DNA of 32,000 bases from Synechocystis sp. PCC 6803 substr. PCC-P (GCF_000284455.1 NC_017039.1:2370001-2402000), one strand, 5' to 3'; positions 18,044 to 28,741 are shown, numbered from the stretch's first letter. Numbers and translations are program-made. Notes: generated from the letters alone by a model not told the origin.

Positions 18044-19282
18044 ATGCCACCTTTCTCCGCAATCGTTTTATTCTCCATGACAAAATCTCCTCAAAAGAAA
18101 CAGTGGTTGGCCAATGCCTTACTGGTGCTGGGCAGTTTAGGTTTTGCCGTGGTGGTGGCGGAAGTGGCCCTGAGGTTAATGGGCATTGGTTATCCCAGTT
18201 TTTACCAAGTCGATCCCCAACGGGGCCATAGTTTAATTCCCAATTTCAGCTCCCGTTGGACCCATGAAGGCAATGGTTTGGTAAGAATTAATGCCGATGG
18301 CCTGCGCGATCGCCATTATGAAAAGGAGAAACCGGCGGATACCTATCGCATTGTGGTATTGGGGGATTCTTTTTCCGAAGCAATTCAGGTTGATGAAGAT
18401 GAGACCTATTGGAGCGCCATAGAAAAAAATTTGCCTTCCTGCCCCGGCTTAACGGGTAAAACGGTGGAAGTAATTAATTTTGGTGTGGGGGACTACGGCA
18501 CTGCCCAGGAATATTTAACTCTCCAGCACCATGCCATGGAATACCAGCCAGATTTAGTCTTACTGCAAATTTTCACCGGCAATGACATTGTCAATAACTC
18601 TCGTCAACTCAGCCCTGGCGATCGCCTAGCGCCCTTTTGGGAAGAGGTGGATGGTAAATGGCAAATGCAGTTCGATTTTAAGGAAACAGCGGCCTATCAA
18701 CGGCGGAATAGTGCCCCAAGACGATTCCTGTACAGCTTGATTAATCGGGTGCAGTTGCTACAAGTACTCAACGAAGCCAAACGACAATGGGTAACCCAGC
18801 GGACTTTAACCACCCAACAGCAAGGCAATGCTGACATCATTCCCGCTCTAGATTTCGACGTTAATTTATACCGGGAACCCACTGACCCCGCCTGGGAACA
18901 AGCTTGGGCCGCTACGGAATCTTTAGTCATAGCGACCAGTCAACTAAGTAGGGAAGAAAGTGCTGATTTTTTAGCAGTGGTGATTAGCAATCCTCCCCAG
19001 GTATATCCCGATCGCCAGGTGCGGGAAAAGTTAAAGCAGCTAGGGGCGGAGAATTTGTTTTACCCTGATCAACGGTTGAGCGCATTGGGACAACAGGAGG
19101 ATTTTCCTGTGTTGACCCTGGCGAAAACCATGCAACAAAAAGCCGATGCGGAGCAAATTTATTGGCACGGTTTTGAGAACACCATCCCCGGAGTGGGTCA
19201 TTGGAATGTTCAGGGCCATCAACTGGCCGGCGAATTAATTGGCGATCGCCTTTGCCAAATGGTGACAGAGCAAAAAAAGTAA
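18044..19282 (+). CDS. Membrane-anchored SGNH/GDSL-type hydrolase family protein
   Basis: 412 aa; N-terminal TM segment; VVLGDSFSEAIQVDEDETYWSAI block I, INFGVGDYGT, LQIFTGNDI, C-terminal H of HWNVQGHQLAGE. Alternative start ATG 18077. Confidence 0.8.
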   Translation: MPPFSAIVLFSMTKSPQKKQWLANALLVLGSLGFAVVVAEVALRLMGIGYPSFYQVDPQRGHSLIPNFSSRWTHEGNGLVRINADGLRDRHYEKEKPADTYRIVVLGDSFSEAIQVDEDETYWSAIEKNLPSCPGLTGKTVEVINFGVGDYGTAQEYLTLQHHAMEYQPDLVLLQIFTGNDIVNNSRQLSPGDRLAPFWEEVDGKWQMQFDFKETAAYQRRNSAPRRFLYSLINRVQLLQVLNEAKRQWVTQRTLTTQQQGNADIIPALDFDVNLYREPTDPAWEQAWAATESLVIATSQLSREESADFLAVVISNPPQVYPDRQVREKLKQLGAENLFYPDQRLSALGQQEDFPVLTLAKTMQQKADAEQIYWHGFENTIPGVGHWNVQGHQLAGELIGDRLCQMVTEQKK

Positions 19283-19374
19283 AACGTTATCCTTTAATCT
19301 AAGTCCCGCAAAAGTTGAGCAAAATTAGCCGGGGATATGGGAACTGAAAGGATAAATGAGCAGAGGAAATCACT

Positions 19375-20535
19375 ATGGAACGGCCTCTTTACTTCGACAA
19401 CCACGCCACCACTGCCCTCGATCCTAGGGTACTGGAAGCCATGCTCCCTTACCTGACAGAGCAGTATGGTAATGCGGGCAGTGCCCATTTTTACGGTTGG
19501 CAAGCCTCAGCGGCAATTAAACAAGCTAGGCAAGAAATTGCCGAGACCATGGGGGCCCAACCAGAAGAAATTATTTTCACCAGCGGCGCTACGGAAGCTA
19601 ATAATTTGGCCATTCGGGGAGTGGCGGAGGCGTACTTTGCCCAAGGGAAACACCTGGTGACGGTGGAAACGGAGCATCAAGCGGTGTTAGCTCCCTGTCG
19701 TTATTTGGAAACCTTGGGGTTTGAGGTGACCTATTTGTCAGTTCAATCCAGTGGTTTGGTGGATTTAACCGAGTTGGAAAAGGCTTTACGGCCCGATACC
19801 ATTCTTGTTTCCGTGATGGCGGCCAACAATGAAATCGGCGTGCTGCAACCCCTCAAGGAGATTGGTGCTCTCTGTCGCCAACGCTCAATTATTTTTCATT
19901 GTGATGGGGCCCAAGCCTTGGGCAAAATTCCCCTCGACGTCCATCAACTTAACATTGACCTACTTTCCTTCACTGGGCACAAAATCCATGGACCCAAGGG
20001 CATTGGGGGATTATATCGCCGTCAAAATCCGGGGGTGAGGTTAGCGCCCCAACTGTTGGGGGGAGGGCAGGAAGGTAATTTTCGTTCCGGAACTCTGCCG
20101 GTGCCCCTGATTGTCGGTTTAGCCAAGGCTTTGACCATAGCTGGGGAAACTTTAGTGTCGGAAGGCGATCGCCAGCGACAACTGCGGGATCAACTCTGGC
20201 AAGGTCTGGCAAAAATTAGTGGGGTGGTGCTGAATGGGGACTACGAACAAAGGTTACCGGGCAACCTCAATGTCAGTATTACTGGGGTTGATCCCAAGGC
20301 TTTGCTAACTACATTGCAACCTCGATTGGCATTATCTTCCGGTTCCGCCTGTTCTTCCTACCGCACTGAAGCTTCCCATGTGTTGTATGCCCTGGGTCGG
20401 GACAAAACCAGCGCCCAAGCTAGTCTCCGTTTTGGTTTAAGCCGATTTACCACCGAGATAGAAATTGACCAGGCGATCGCCATTGTGACGGATACAGTAG
20501 CTAGGTTAAGGGCCGATGCTTCTAACCAGAGTTAA
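19375..20535 (+). CDS. NifS/IscS-like PLP-dependent cysteine desulfurase
   Basis: 386 aa; YFDNHATTALDPRVLEAMLPYL, SGATEANNLAIRG, HCDGAQALGKIPLDVHQLNIDLLSFTGHKIHGPKGIGGLYRR, SGSACSS. Confidence 0.95.
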   Translation: MERPLYFDNHATTALDPRVLEAMLPYLTEQYGNAGSAHFYGWQASAAIKQARQEIAETMGAQPEEIIFTSGATEANNLAIRGVAEAYFAQGKHLVTVETEHQAVLAPCRYLETLGFEVTYLSVQSSGLVDLTELEKALRPDTILVSVMAANNEIGVLQPLKEIGALCRQRSIIFHCDGAQALGKIPLDVHQLNIDLLSFTGHKIHGPKGIGGLYRRQNPGVRLAPQLLGGGQEGNFRSGTLPVPLIVGLAKALTIAGETLVSEGDRQRQLRDQLWQGLAKISGVVLNGDYEQRLPGNLNVSITGVDPKALLTTLQPRLALSSGSACSSYRTEASHVLYALGRDKTSAQASLRFGLSRFTTEIEIDQAIAIVTDTVARLRADASNQS

Positions 20536-20556
20536 ATTCCCGTAAGTTTCTCTTCC

Positions 20557-21231
20557 ATGTGGCAATCAATTCGTTCCCTCATTTTTCAAACTCCCTGTCC
20601 TCTATGCCAAAAACCCAGTCAGGATCAACTTTGTCGGGATTGCACTGGACAAATTTTGAGCCATCGTTTTCCTCGTAAATTCCAGCAATGGCAAGGAAAC
20701 TTTCCCCGCTTTGTTTGGGGACAATACGAAGGACAATTGCGGCGGGCTTTAACGGTGATGAAGTTTGAGCAACAGCCAGACATTGGCATTTGGTTGGGGG
20801 AACAGTTGGCAGAACAGTGGTTACAACAACCCCAAGCTAAAACTAAATTGCGTCCCCAGGTGGTGCCCATTCCCCTAAACGCTCGTAAGCAAGCCCAACG
20901 GGGATTTAATCAAGCTGAAAGAATTGCCGCTGGTTTTTGCCGCCTGACTGGTTATGTTCTCCACCCCCAAGCATTACAACGAGTTAAAGATACCCAAGCT
21001 CTGTTTGGTCTTAGCCCAGGCGATCGCCGCCGGGAATTGCAATCAGCTTTAGCCACGGGGCCAGGGTTTAACACTCGCCGACCCTGGTTGATTTTGGATG
21101 ATATTATTACGACCGGCACCACCGCCCTAGAAGCCCGACGGATAATGGAAGAAAAGGGAGCTAAAGTGTTGGGTATCGTGGCGATCGCCGCACCGTCTTT
21201 TTCCCAGCCCATGGAACTTAGACAGCAATGA
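20557..21231 (+). CDS. comF: ComF-family phosphoribosyltransferase
   Basis: 224 aa; CPLCQKPSQDQLCRDC zinc-binding N-terminus, VPIPLNARKQAQRGFNQAERIA, PWLILDDIITTGTTALEARRIM PRTase motif. Confidence 0.9.
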   Translation: MWQSIRSLIFQTPCPLCQKPSQDQLCRDCTGQILSHRFPRKFQQWQGNFPRFVWGQYEGQLRRALTVMKFEQQPDIGIWLGEQLAEQWLQQPQAKTKLRPQVVPIPLNARKQAQRGFNQAERIAAGFCRLTGYVLHPQALQRVKDTQALFGLSPGDRRRELQSALATGPGFNTRRPWLILDDIITTGTTALEARRIMEEKGAKVLGIVAIAAPSFSQPMELRQQ

Positions 21232-21320
21232 TAATGATCATTTAACATAATATTTCTGTTGGTCTGTATTCAATCTCGTATTGTTAAAGCCCTATCGTTC
21301 CCTTTATTTTTGTCAATCCT

Positions 21321-21935
21321 ATGCAGAAACAAGTCTCTCCCCTAGCCCGTGTCGCCCTTTGGTTGGGTGGTGTTAGTTTGACTGCAACCAGCTTGGTCAT
21401 TCCCACCGCGGCCCAGGCCCAAAGTAGTCTCAATGGAGGTAGTGCCATTCCTCCTTTGAAGCCGATTCCCGAATCTACCTACACTCCTCCTGCTGCTCCC
21501 ACCAGTACCCCTAGCAATCCAACTAGCCAGGCCTTGGCCACCCATATTGTGCTGGTACTGGGAGAACGGAAAGTTTACGCCTACCAAAACGATAAAGTTT
21601 TAGCAAGTTACCCGGTGGCAGTGGGCAAAAAAGGCTGGGAAACACCCCAAGGCAATTTCCAAGTAATCCAAATGGTGGAAAATCCCGTGTGGGAAAATCC
21701 CTGGAATGGCAAAAAAGTGGCCGCCAGCTTGGATGGTCCCATCGGTATCCGTTGGATCGGTTTTTGGAGTGACGGTAAAAATACCATTGGTTTCCATGGC
21801 ACCCCGAAAAAACATGAGCATTTCCTGGGCACAGCGGCTTCCCACGGTTGCGTCAGAATGCGAAATCAAGATGTGGTGGCTTTGTTCAACATGGTGCAAA
21901 ATGGCACCCCAGTGCGGGTAGTGCAGAAAAAATAG
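21321..21935 (+). CDS. L,D-transpeptidase (YkuD domain) with signal peptide
   Basis: 204 aa; IVLVLGERKVYAYQNDKVLASYPVAVGKKGWETPQGNF, IGFHGTPKKHEHFLGTAASHGCVRM catalytic HGTxx...SHGCVR. Confidence 0.93.
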   Translation: MQKQVSPLARVALWLGGVSLTATSLVIPTAAQAQSSLNGGSAIPPLKPIPESTYTPPAAPTSTPSNPTSQALATHIVLVLGERKVYAYQNDKVLASYPVAVGKKGWETPQGNFQVIQMVENPVWENPWNGKKVAASLDGPIGIRWIGFWSDGKNTIGFHGTPKKHEHFLGTAASHGCVRMRNQDVVALFNMVQNGTPVRVVQKK

Positions 21936-22059
21936 ATGATTTGAACTGACTGAATCAAAACGGCGATCGTGTACAACCGTGAAGGATTATAGTCCCGGTT
22001 TCTGAGTTGTAACTTCTGATCGCCACTCAGGGTAATGGTGCAATACAGAGGAAATACCA

Positions 22060-22380
22060 ATGGCGACAACCCTAATCAATCATATTGAGATCACGCCAGG
22101 AACCTGTGGTGGAAAACCTCGCATCGCTGGGCACCGGATCACAGTTCAAGACATCGTGATCTGGCACGAACGAATGGGACTATCTCCCGACGAAATCGTC
22201 CATCATTATCCTAGTATTACTTTAGCTGACGTTTATGCAGCTTTGTCTTACTATCACGATCACCTTGAAGAAATTAGGCAAGGAATTATTGATGATGAAA
22301 TTTTTGCTGAAGAAATGCGGTCCAGTACCCCTTCTTTGATGGAAGCAAAATTAAGAAAAGTTCATGGCAAACAGGATTAA
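22060..22380 (+). CDS. DUF433 family protein, putative antitoxin
   Basis: 106 aa; CGGKPRIAGHRITVQDIVIWHERMGLSPDEIVHHYPSITLADVYAALSYYHDH. Confidence 0.88.
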   Translation: MATTLINHIEITPGTCGGKPRIAGHRITVQDIVIWHERMGLSPDEIVHHYPSITLADVYAALSYYHDHLEEIRQGIIDDEIFAEEMRSSTPSLMEAKLRKVHGKQD

Positions 22381-22699
22381 ATTTCATCTTGATGAAAACA
22401 TCAGCTATAGCATTGCCCTTGGCTTACGTCATCGCAGTCTTGATGTTACAACAACTCCGGAAACTGGTCTGCTAGGGGTTTCTGATCAAGAGCAGTTACA
22501 GTTTGCTGGGTCTGAAGGCCGAGTAATTTTTACCCAAGATACTGACTTTTTAAAATTAGCTCAATCATCTCCCGATCATACTGGCATCGCTTATTGTTCT
22601 CAACGAAATAAGTCGATTGACCAAGTTATTCAAGGATTAGTCTTGATGTGGGAAATTCTCGAACCAGAAGAAATGTGTAATCACATTGAGTTTTTGTAG
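22364..22699 (+). CDS. DUF5615 PIN-like protein, putative toxin
   Basis: 111 aa; KFHLDENISYSIALGLRHRSLDVTTTPETGLLGVSDQEQLQFAGSEGRVIFTQDTDFLKL; overlaps the upstream DUF433 gene by 17 nt. Confidence 0.85.
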   Translation: MANRIKFHLDENISYSIALGLRHRSLDVTTTPETGLLGVSDQEQLQFAGSEGRVIFTQDTDFLKLAQSSPDHTGIAYCSQRNKSIDQVIQGLVLMWEILEPEEMCNHIEFL

Positions 22700-22930
22700 T
22701 GTATTTACCACAGACAGATAGTGATAAATACCTATGGCGATCATGTCTAAGCATTAAGAATTGTATGGAAAGACGTAAAAAAATAATTGAACTAAATAAA
22801 GCTGAAAGTGAATCAGGATAAGCATTACAGAAGATTAAAAGCTCGATCAAAATGTAAAGTTACTGCTCGACAAGGTTAAGGCTTTTACCGACAATTTGAG
22901 GGTGAATTATGCCCCCGGAGTCTGAACCCT

Positions 22931-24457
22931 ATGAAATTGGCCTATTGGATGTACGCTGGCCCGGCCCACATTGGCACCCTACGCATCGCCAGTTCTTTCA
23001 AAAACGTCCACGCCATTATGCACGCTCCGTTGGGGGATGATTATTTCAACGTCATGCGCTCCATGTTGGAACGGGAGCAGAATTTTACCCCTGTCACCAC
23101 CAGTGTGGTCGATCGCCAAGTGTTATCGAGGGGTTCCCAGGAAAAAGTGGTGGACAACATTGTCCGCAAAGATGGGGAAGAAACGCCGGATTTAATTGTG
23201 CTGACCCCCACCTGTACCTCCAGCATTTTGCAGGAAGATTTGGCCAATTTTGTTGACCGGGCCCAGATGGATGCCCACTGTGATGTACTTTTGGCGGACG
23301 TGAACCATTACCGCTATAACGAATTGCAAGCTGGCGATCGTACCCTTAAGCAGATTGTCGAGTTTTACATCAAAAAAGCCCGGAAACAGGGTAATTTAGC
23401 CACGGAAAAAACAGCTAAGCCATCGGTGAATTTAATTGGCTTCACCACCCTAGGTTTCCACAATCAACATGATTGCACCGAGTTAAAGCGATTAATGGCG
23501 GATCTGGGCATTGAAGTAAACCTGATTTTGCCGGAAAAAGCCACGGTGGATCAATTGGCTAAAATTCCCCAAGCTTGGTTTAACCTCTGCCCGTACCGGG
23601 AAATTGGTTTGATGACAGCGGAATATTTGCAAGAAGAATTTGCCCAGCCCTACGTGGACATTACCCCCATGGGAGTGGTGGAAACGGCCCGTTGTATCCG
23701 CAAAATGCAACAGGTGTTAAATCAACAGGGTTTCGACGTTAACTACGAAGATTTCATCCAGCAACAAACCCGTCACGTCTCCCAAGCGGCCTGGTTTTCT
23801 CGCTCTATCGACTGTCAAAATCTCACGGGCAAAAAAGCAGTGGTCTTTGGGGATAATACCCATGCGGCCGCTATGACCAAAATTTTGGCCCGGGAAATGG
23901 GTATCCACGTTGTGCTAGCAGGAACCTATTGCAAATACGATGCCGATTGGTTCCGAGCCGAAGTATCTGAATACTGTGACGAAGTGTTGATCAGTGAAGA
24001 CAACGGGGCGATCGCCGATGCCATAGCCAGGATTGAGCCGGCAGCAATTTTTGGCACCCAGATGGAACGCCATGTGGGCAAACGCTTGGATATTCCCTGC
24101 GGTGTGATTGCGGCCCCGATCCATATCCAGAATTTTCCCCTGGGCTACAAACCTTTCCTCGGTTACGAAGGGACAAACCAGATTGCCGATTTGGTGTACA
24201 ACTCCTTCACCCTGGGCATGGAAGACCATCTGTTGGAAATTTTCGGCGGCCACGACACCAAGGAAGTGATCACCAAAGGCATTTCCAGTGACTCTGATCT
24301 AGGCTGGCACAGCACCGCCCAAGCAGAATTGAATAAAGTGCCAGGGTTTGTGCGGGGTAAAGTTAAACGCAACACAGAAAAGTTTGCCCGAGAGCGGGGC
24401 CTATCGGAAATCACCCTGGAGGTTATGTATGCCGCCAAGGAAGCCGTGGGAGCTTAA
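22931..24457 (+). CDS. chlB: Light-independent protochlorophyllide reductase subunit B
   Basis: 508 aa; [66 protein letters not shown]; full-length ChlB. Confidence 0.98.
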   Translation: MKLAYWMYAGPAHIGTLRIASSFKNVHAIMHAPLGDDYFNVMRSMLEREQNFTPVTTSVVDRQVLSRGSQEKVVDNIVRKDGEETPDLIVLTPTCTSSILQEDLANFVDRAQMDAHCDVLLADVNHYRYNELQAGDRTLKQIVEFYIKKARKQGNLATEKTAKPSVNLIGFTTLGFHNQHDCTELKRLMADLGIEVNLILPEKATVDQLAKIPQAWFNLCPYREIGLMTAEYLQEEFAQPYVDITPMGVVETARCIRKMQQVLNQQGFDVNYEDFIQQQTRHVSQAAWFSRSIDCQNLTGKKAVVFGDNTHAAAMTKILAREMGIHVVLAGTYCKYDADWFRAEVSEYCDEVLISEDNGAIADAIARIEPAAIFGTQMERHVGKRLDIPCGVIAAPIHIQNFPLGYKPFLGYEGTNQIADLVYNSFTLGMEDHLLEIFGGHDTKEVITKGISSDSDLGWHSTAQAELNKVPGFVRGKVKRNTEKFARERGLSEITLEVMYAAKEAVGA

Positions 24458-24588
24458 GGGTCTGTGGGCCAAAATTCTAGTTGCTTACTCAACCCTCAAA
24501 TTTCCCCATCAAACCTTGGTGGGGATTGGCCACCATCAATTTTCGTGAACTTCCATTACAATCAAGCCTGTTATCCAACGGGTGAAAG

Positions 24589-25269
24589 ATGTATATTCTC
24601 ATTGGTGGCATGGGGAGCATGGGCTCCAATTTGGCCAAAAATCTGCTCAAAATGGGTCACACTGTGGCGGCGGTGGATACCGATCCCTTGGCCTGTCAGT
24701 ATGCCCGGGAAAAAATTGGGGTGATGGCCTTTGAAGGCAGTGCGGTCAATACCTCAGTTTTACTAGAAGCAGGAGTTCGTAAAGCGGGGGCTGTGATTGC
24801 AGCGCTCCAGGAGGATGCCCTAAATTTGGCTTTAGTTACCCTGTCAAAACATTACGGTGTGCCGCAAATTGTCGTCCGCATGAGCGATGGGGATTTTGCT
24901 GAACCGTACCGCTTGGCCGGTGCCACCCACATTATCAGCACCACAGAATTGGCTCTTAATCGGGTAATTAATGCCATTGAGTATCCCCAAGTGGATGCCA
25001 TGATGCACTTTGAACAGGGACAAATTGAAGTGCTCAAACTTTCTATTCCCCCCAATTGCACCATTGTGGGCCGTAGCGTGGCGGCGATCGCCCAGGATCC
25101 CCGTTTTCCCTCCGGTACATTGATTATTGGCTACCAGGCCAATGCCCATGAAGATCTAAAAATTCCCAACGGCAATACGTTGCTCGAAGATGGTTCCACC
25201 ATTTTGGCTGTGACCAAACCGGAATTGGTGCGGCAATTGATTGATTTTATGGGGTTGTGTCAGTCTTGA
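24589..25269 (+). CDS. TrkA-like K+ transport regulatory (RCK/KTN) protein
   Basis: 226 aa; MYILIGGMGSMGSNLAKNLLKMGHTVAAVDTDPLACQYA, MSDGDFAEPYRLAGATHIISTTELALNRV. Confidence 0.87.
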   Translation: MYILIGGMGSMGSNLAKNLLKMGHTVAAVDTDPLACQYAREKIGVMAFEGSAVNTSVLLEAGVRKAGAVIAALQEDALNLALVTLSKHYGVPQIVVRMSDGDFAEPYRLAGATHIISTTELALNRVINAIEYPQVDAMMHFEQGQIEVLKLSIPPNCTIVGRSVAAIAQDPRFPSGTLIIGYQANAHEDLKIPNGNTLLEDGSTILAVTKPELVRQLIDFMGLCQS

Positions 25270-25305
25270 TGGAACACAGACCAATTTGATCAAAAAGACC
25301 GCAGA

Positions 25306-26973
25306 TTAGAACAAAAAGCTGGTGCGTATATGCCCCACATATTGGGTGGCGTTGTTGCTGTTGGCTTCAGGATTAAGCACGACCCAAAAACCTGGGGTGA
25401 TGGAAATATTGTCGTTGAGTTGGATGCGATAGAACGCCTCTAAATGGTAAGGGGTGGTTTGTCCCACTGCCCCCGGTAAATTACTGGCCGTTACCGTCGG
25501 AGGAATACCTAGAGCAATGCCCGGTAAATTACCCTCTCCCCCCACGTCTGGGAAACTAATGCCCACCAAGCCATACCAAATGGCCGAACTATTCCAGGAC
25601 ACATCCCTCAACACTGTCCCCCCCACTCCATTGGATAAATTGCTTAATCCTCCCCCCTGGGCTTGGGCCTCCACAAAACCTCCCCAGCCATGGATTTGTA
25701 CGTGGGGCGTGATGCGGTAATACCCCTGCAAAGTGTAAAAATTCCCCGCCGTGGCGATCACCTCTCCGAAGGGTTGAATGGCCAACAGACTACCAGTGCC
25801 CGCCATTAAATCCGTATTACCAGCGGGGAAATAGGAACGGGAATAGGTGAAGCCAATGCCCCCGTCAGCGGTTTGATAAGCCAATTGAGCCAGGGTGTGA
25901 TATCCCCCATTGAAAAGGCCATTGCCTGGGTCAGGATCGTTGGGATTGGTGGCCAAGTAGCCCACACTCAGTTGCACTGTGGGGGTTATCTGCCAATTAA
26001 AGCCAGCTCCTCCCCCTCCCCGACGATAAACCGGATCATACTCCCCAAAGCGGGAAGGAATACCCAGGGCATCATCGGCAATGGTGGGGGGAGTTAACGT
26101 ATCCACTAAATCTGTGTAGCCCACCCCGACAGTACCCAAGCGCAGAGTCAAATTATCCGTCAAAGGAGTACGGTACCAAAGATGGCTCACCTCCACATTA
26201 TTGTTGGAATTATCGTCATAGTTGAAGCGGGTCATATTGGTGCCAGTTTGCTCTACTCCGTTAAGAAAGTTGGAGAACTGCAACCTGGTTCTGAACAAAT
26301 CTTTGCCGGTAAAACTGGTTTCTAAATTAAATCGGACTCGATAGGCGAACTGGGTTTGAAATTCATTGCTGCCGCCCCCCACCCGATCGCCAAAGACCTT
26401 ATCCAAAGAAGTAATCGTTTGTCCATAAAGTTTTGTGGTGACGGAAAATTGGTGGTCTTCTAAAAAAGCAGTGCGAGTTTCCAGATTATCGACCCGAACT
26501 GCCAATTGTTTTAGCTCTGCTTGGAAATCCTGGGCTAATTTTTTCAGCAGGTCTAAATCTCCCTGGGCAACGGAGACATTTTCTTGCAATAGTTGCTCAA
26601 TGGTGTTTAAACAAGCATTTAATCCCGCTGCAAATTCGTAACGACTCAGGGGGCGGGCACGCAGTGTGCCTTCGGCATCACCTCGGTAGGTGCGGTCTGG
26701 ATAACCAACTAAACAACCGTAACGCTCCACCAAACTTTGCAGAGCGGCAAAGGCCCAATCACTGGGTTGCACATCCCTTAGTTCCGCCACTGAGGTAACT
26801 TGATTAACGCCATTGCCCAAATTACTTGCACCCAACTGGTAACGATTAACCGGAGGGAAAAATTCGTTCACGGAGATAGTTTGGGCCTCACTGGGTATCG
26901 TCACTGTTAGTCCACTGGCGATCGCCAAACCGCAAATTAAGCCCATGGATGCAGTCAATTTTGCTAATGACAA
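25306..26973 (-). CDS. OprB-type porin with N-terminal SLH domain
   Basis: 555 aa; signal peptide; VTSVAELRDVQPSDWAFAALQSLVERYGCLVGYPDRTYRG...LSRYEFAAGLNACL SLH; beta-barrel region ending in terminal Phe (HIRTSFLF). Confidence 0.92.
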   Translation of the reverse strand: MSLAKLTASMGLICGLAIASGLTVTIPSEAQTISVNEFFPPVNRYQLGASNLGNGVNQVTSVAELRDVQPSDWAFAALQSLVERYGCLVGYPDRTYRGDAEGTLRARPLSRYEFAAGLNACLNTIEQLLQENVSVAQGDLDLLKKLAQDFQAELKQLAVRVDNLETRTAFLEDHQFSVTTKLYGQTITSLDKVFGDRVGGGSNEFQTQFAYRVRFNLETSFTGKDLFRTRLQFSNFLNGVEQTGTNMTRFNYDDNSNNNVEVSHLWYRTPLTDNLTLRLGTVGVGYTDLVDTLTPPTIADDALGIPSRFGEYDPVYRRGGGGAGFNWQITPTVQLSVGYLATNPNDPDPGNGLFNGGYHTLAQLAYQTADGGIGFTYSRSYFPAGNTDLMAGTGSLLAIQPFGEVIATAGNFYTLQGYYRITPHVQIHGWGGFVEAQAQGGGLSNLSNGVGGTVLRDVSWNSSAIWYGLVGISFPDVGGEGNLPGIALGIPPTVTASNLPGAVGQTTPYHLEAFYRIQLNDNISITPGFWVVLNPEANSNNATQYVGHIRTSFLF

Positions 26974-27037
26974 TGTGGTACCCTCCCGAAAAAAATCAAG
27001 CTAATGTCAATTAATTCCCCTCAAAATAAAAAATTAA

Positions 27038-28444
27038 TCACATTTGCTCCAGAGTTTTACCCTTAGTTTCCTTCACAAAAAACCAGATAAAGAAAATTGA
27101 AATGGCCGCTGAAGTGGCATATAAACCATAGGCGGGGCCCAAACCCACCGTATCCAATAGGGGCGGAAAAGTAGTGGAAATAATAAAGTTAGCAATCCAC
27201 TGTACCCCCGCCGCCACCGATAGGGCCGCCGCTCGAATTTTGTTATTAAACATTTCCCCCAGCAAGACCCAAACAATGGGCCCCCAAGAAAAACCAAAAC
27301 TAAATACATAAAGATTGGCTGTCACCAAAGCAATTATCCCAGCGGCCCCCGTCAGGGTGGGTTGGCCATTAACCACCGTTGCTCCCCCAAACACCACGGA
27401 AAGGATGCCCAAGGTAATGGTCATACCAATGGAGCCCATGAGCAACAAAGGCTTACGGCCAAATTTATCCACAAAGGCGATCGCCACTAGGGTGGTGAGG
27501 ATATTGATAAAACCAGTGATTACCGTGATTAACAGAGACTTTTCTTCGGTAAAACCCACCGATCGCCAGAGCACGCTACTGTAATAAAAAATTACGTTAA
27601 TGCCAACAAACTGTTGTAGTGCCGACAACCCCATACCAATCCAGACAATGGGCAATAATCCTCCCCGACGACTGAGCAGATCGCTAAACCGGGGTTTATG
27701 GTCGAGACTAACCGTTGCCTGGATTTCCTCAATGCGACTGGGCACGTCTCCCCCTTCCACTTTCCACAAAATAGCCGCCGCTTTTTCCCCTTGCCCTTGG
27801 GCGACTAAATACCGGGGAGATTCGGGGATCAGGAAAGCGCAAACTCCATAGAGCAGGGCGGGAATTAGCTCTGTCCAGAACATCCAACGCCAGGCCGCCG
27901 CACCGAACAACCAGGGATTTTGGGCCGATCCCCCCGCCATCAAAGCAATAAACCAATTACTGAGCAGGGCAATGAAAATGCCAGAAACAATGGCCAACTG
28001 TTGCAAAGATCCTAAACGCCCCCGCAGATGGGCCGGCGACACTTCCGCAATGTAGGCCGGGGCAATAACGCTAGCGGCCCCCACCCCAATGCCCCCCAAC
28101 ACCCGCCAAAAAATAAAATCCCAAATGGTGAAAGGTAAACCCGACCCAATGGAACTGAGGGTGAACAGCACCGCCGCTAAAATCATCGTTTTAATCCGCC
28201 CATGGCGATCGGCGATCGGTCCCGCCCCAAAGGCTCCCAGTGCTGATCCCAACAGAGCTAAGGATACAGATAAACCTGTTAAAAGACTGTCCGTCTGAAA
28301 ATGTTTTTGTAGGGCCGCCACCGCCCCATTGATCACCGCAGTGTCAAAGCCAAACAGGAACCCCCCCAGGGCTGCTACCCCCGAAATCAGCAGGACAAAC
28401 TTAACGTTAGCCGTAGATTGGGAAGGAGAAGAGGAGGGATTCAT
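27038..28444 (-). CDS. glcP: MFS sugar porter, glucose transporter-like
   Basis: 468 aa; GGFLFGFDTAVINGAV, GPIADRHGRIKT, PESPRYLVAQGQ, GINVIFYYSSVLW, DKFGRKPLLL, FFVKETKGKTLEQM. Confidence 0.92.
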   Translation of the reverse strand: MNPSSSPSQSTANVKFVLLISGVAALGGFLFGFDTAVINGAVAALQKHFQTDSLLTGLSVSLALLGSALGAFGAGPIADRHGRIKTMILAAVLFTLSSIGSGLPFTIWDFIFWRVLGGIGVGAASVIAPAYIAEVSPAHLRGRLGSLQQLAIVSGIFIALLSNWFIALMAGGSAQNPWLFGAAAWRWMFWTELIPALLYGVCAFLIPESPRYLVAQGQGEKAAAILWKVEGGDVPSRIEEIQATVSLDHKPRFSDLLSRRGGLLPIVWIGMGLSALQQFVGINVIFYYSSVLWRSVGFTEEKSLLITVITGFINILTTLVAIAFVDKFGRKPLLLMGSIGMTITLGILSVVFGGATVVNGQPTLTGAAGIIALVTANLYVFSFGFSWGPIVWVLLGEMFNNKIRAAALSVAAGVQWIANFIISTTFPPLLDTVGLGPAYGLYATSAAISIFFIWFFVKETKGKTLEQM

Positions 28445-28741
28445 GTAAAGCTGAAATTGAAGAAGTTAGCCTATGGCAAGTTGCGCTTGCCCACGGAATA
28501 AATCCTACCAAGTAAAAAAACTTCGTCATGAATTCTTAATTAAATGTTGCAAAACACTGCAATGCATAGCAATGGTTAAAGTTAGTGCAAAATGATCAGG
28601 CATCGACAAAAGCGAATTTTTGTATATCAAGAAAATTTAATTACTTTGTCCCCCATCGTTGCTTTCGGCCCCAGGCGATCGCCTAGGGATCGACCCGTAG
28701 CACGATAGAATCGAACATTGTCCCCGATCAATTCCTTTCCC

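Noticed and set aside
19375-20535. Possible nif or type-specific sulfur cluster around the cysteine desulfurase
   Set aside because: Neighbours (SGNH hydrolase, comF) do not form a nif/suf/isc cluster; treated as a solitary housekeeping or auxiliary desulfurase.
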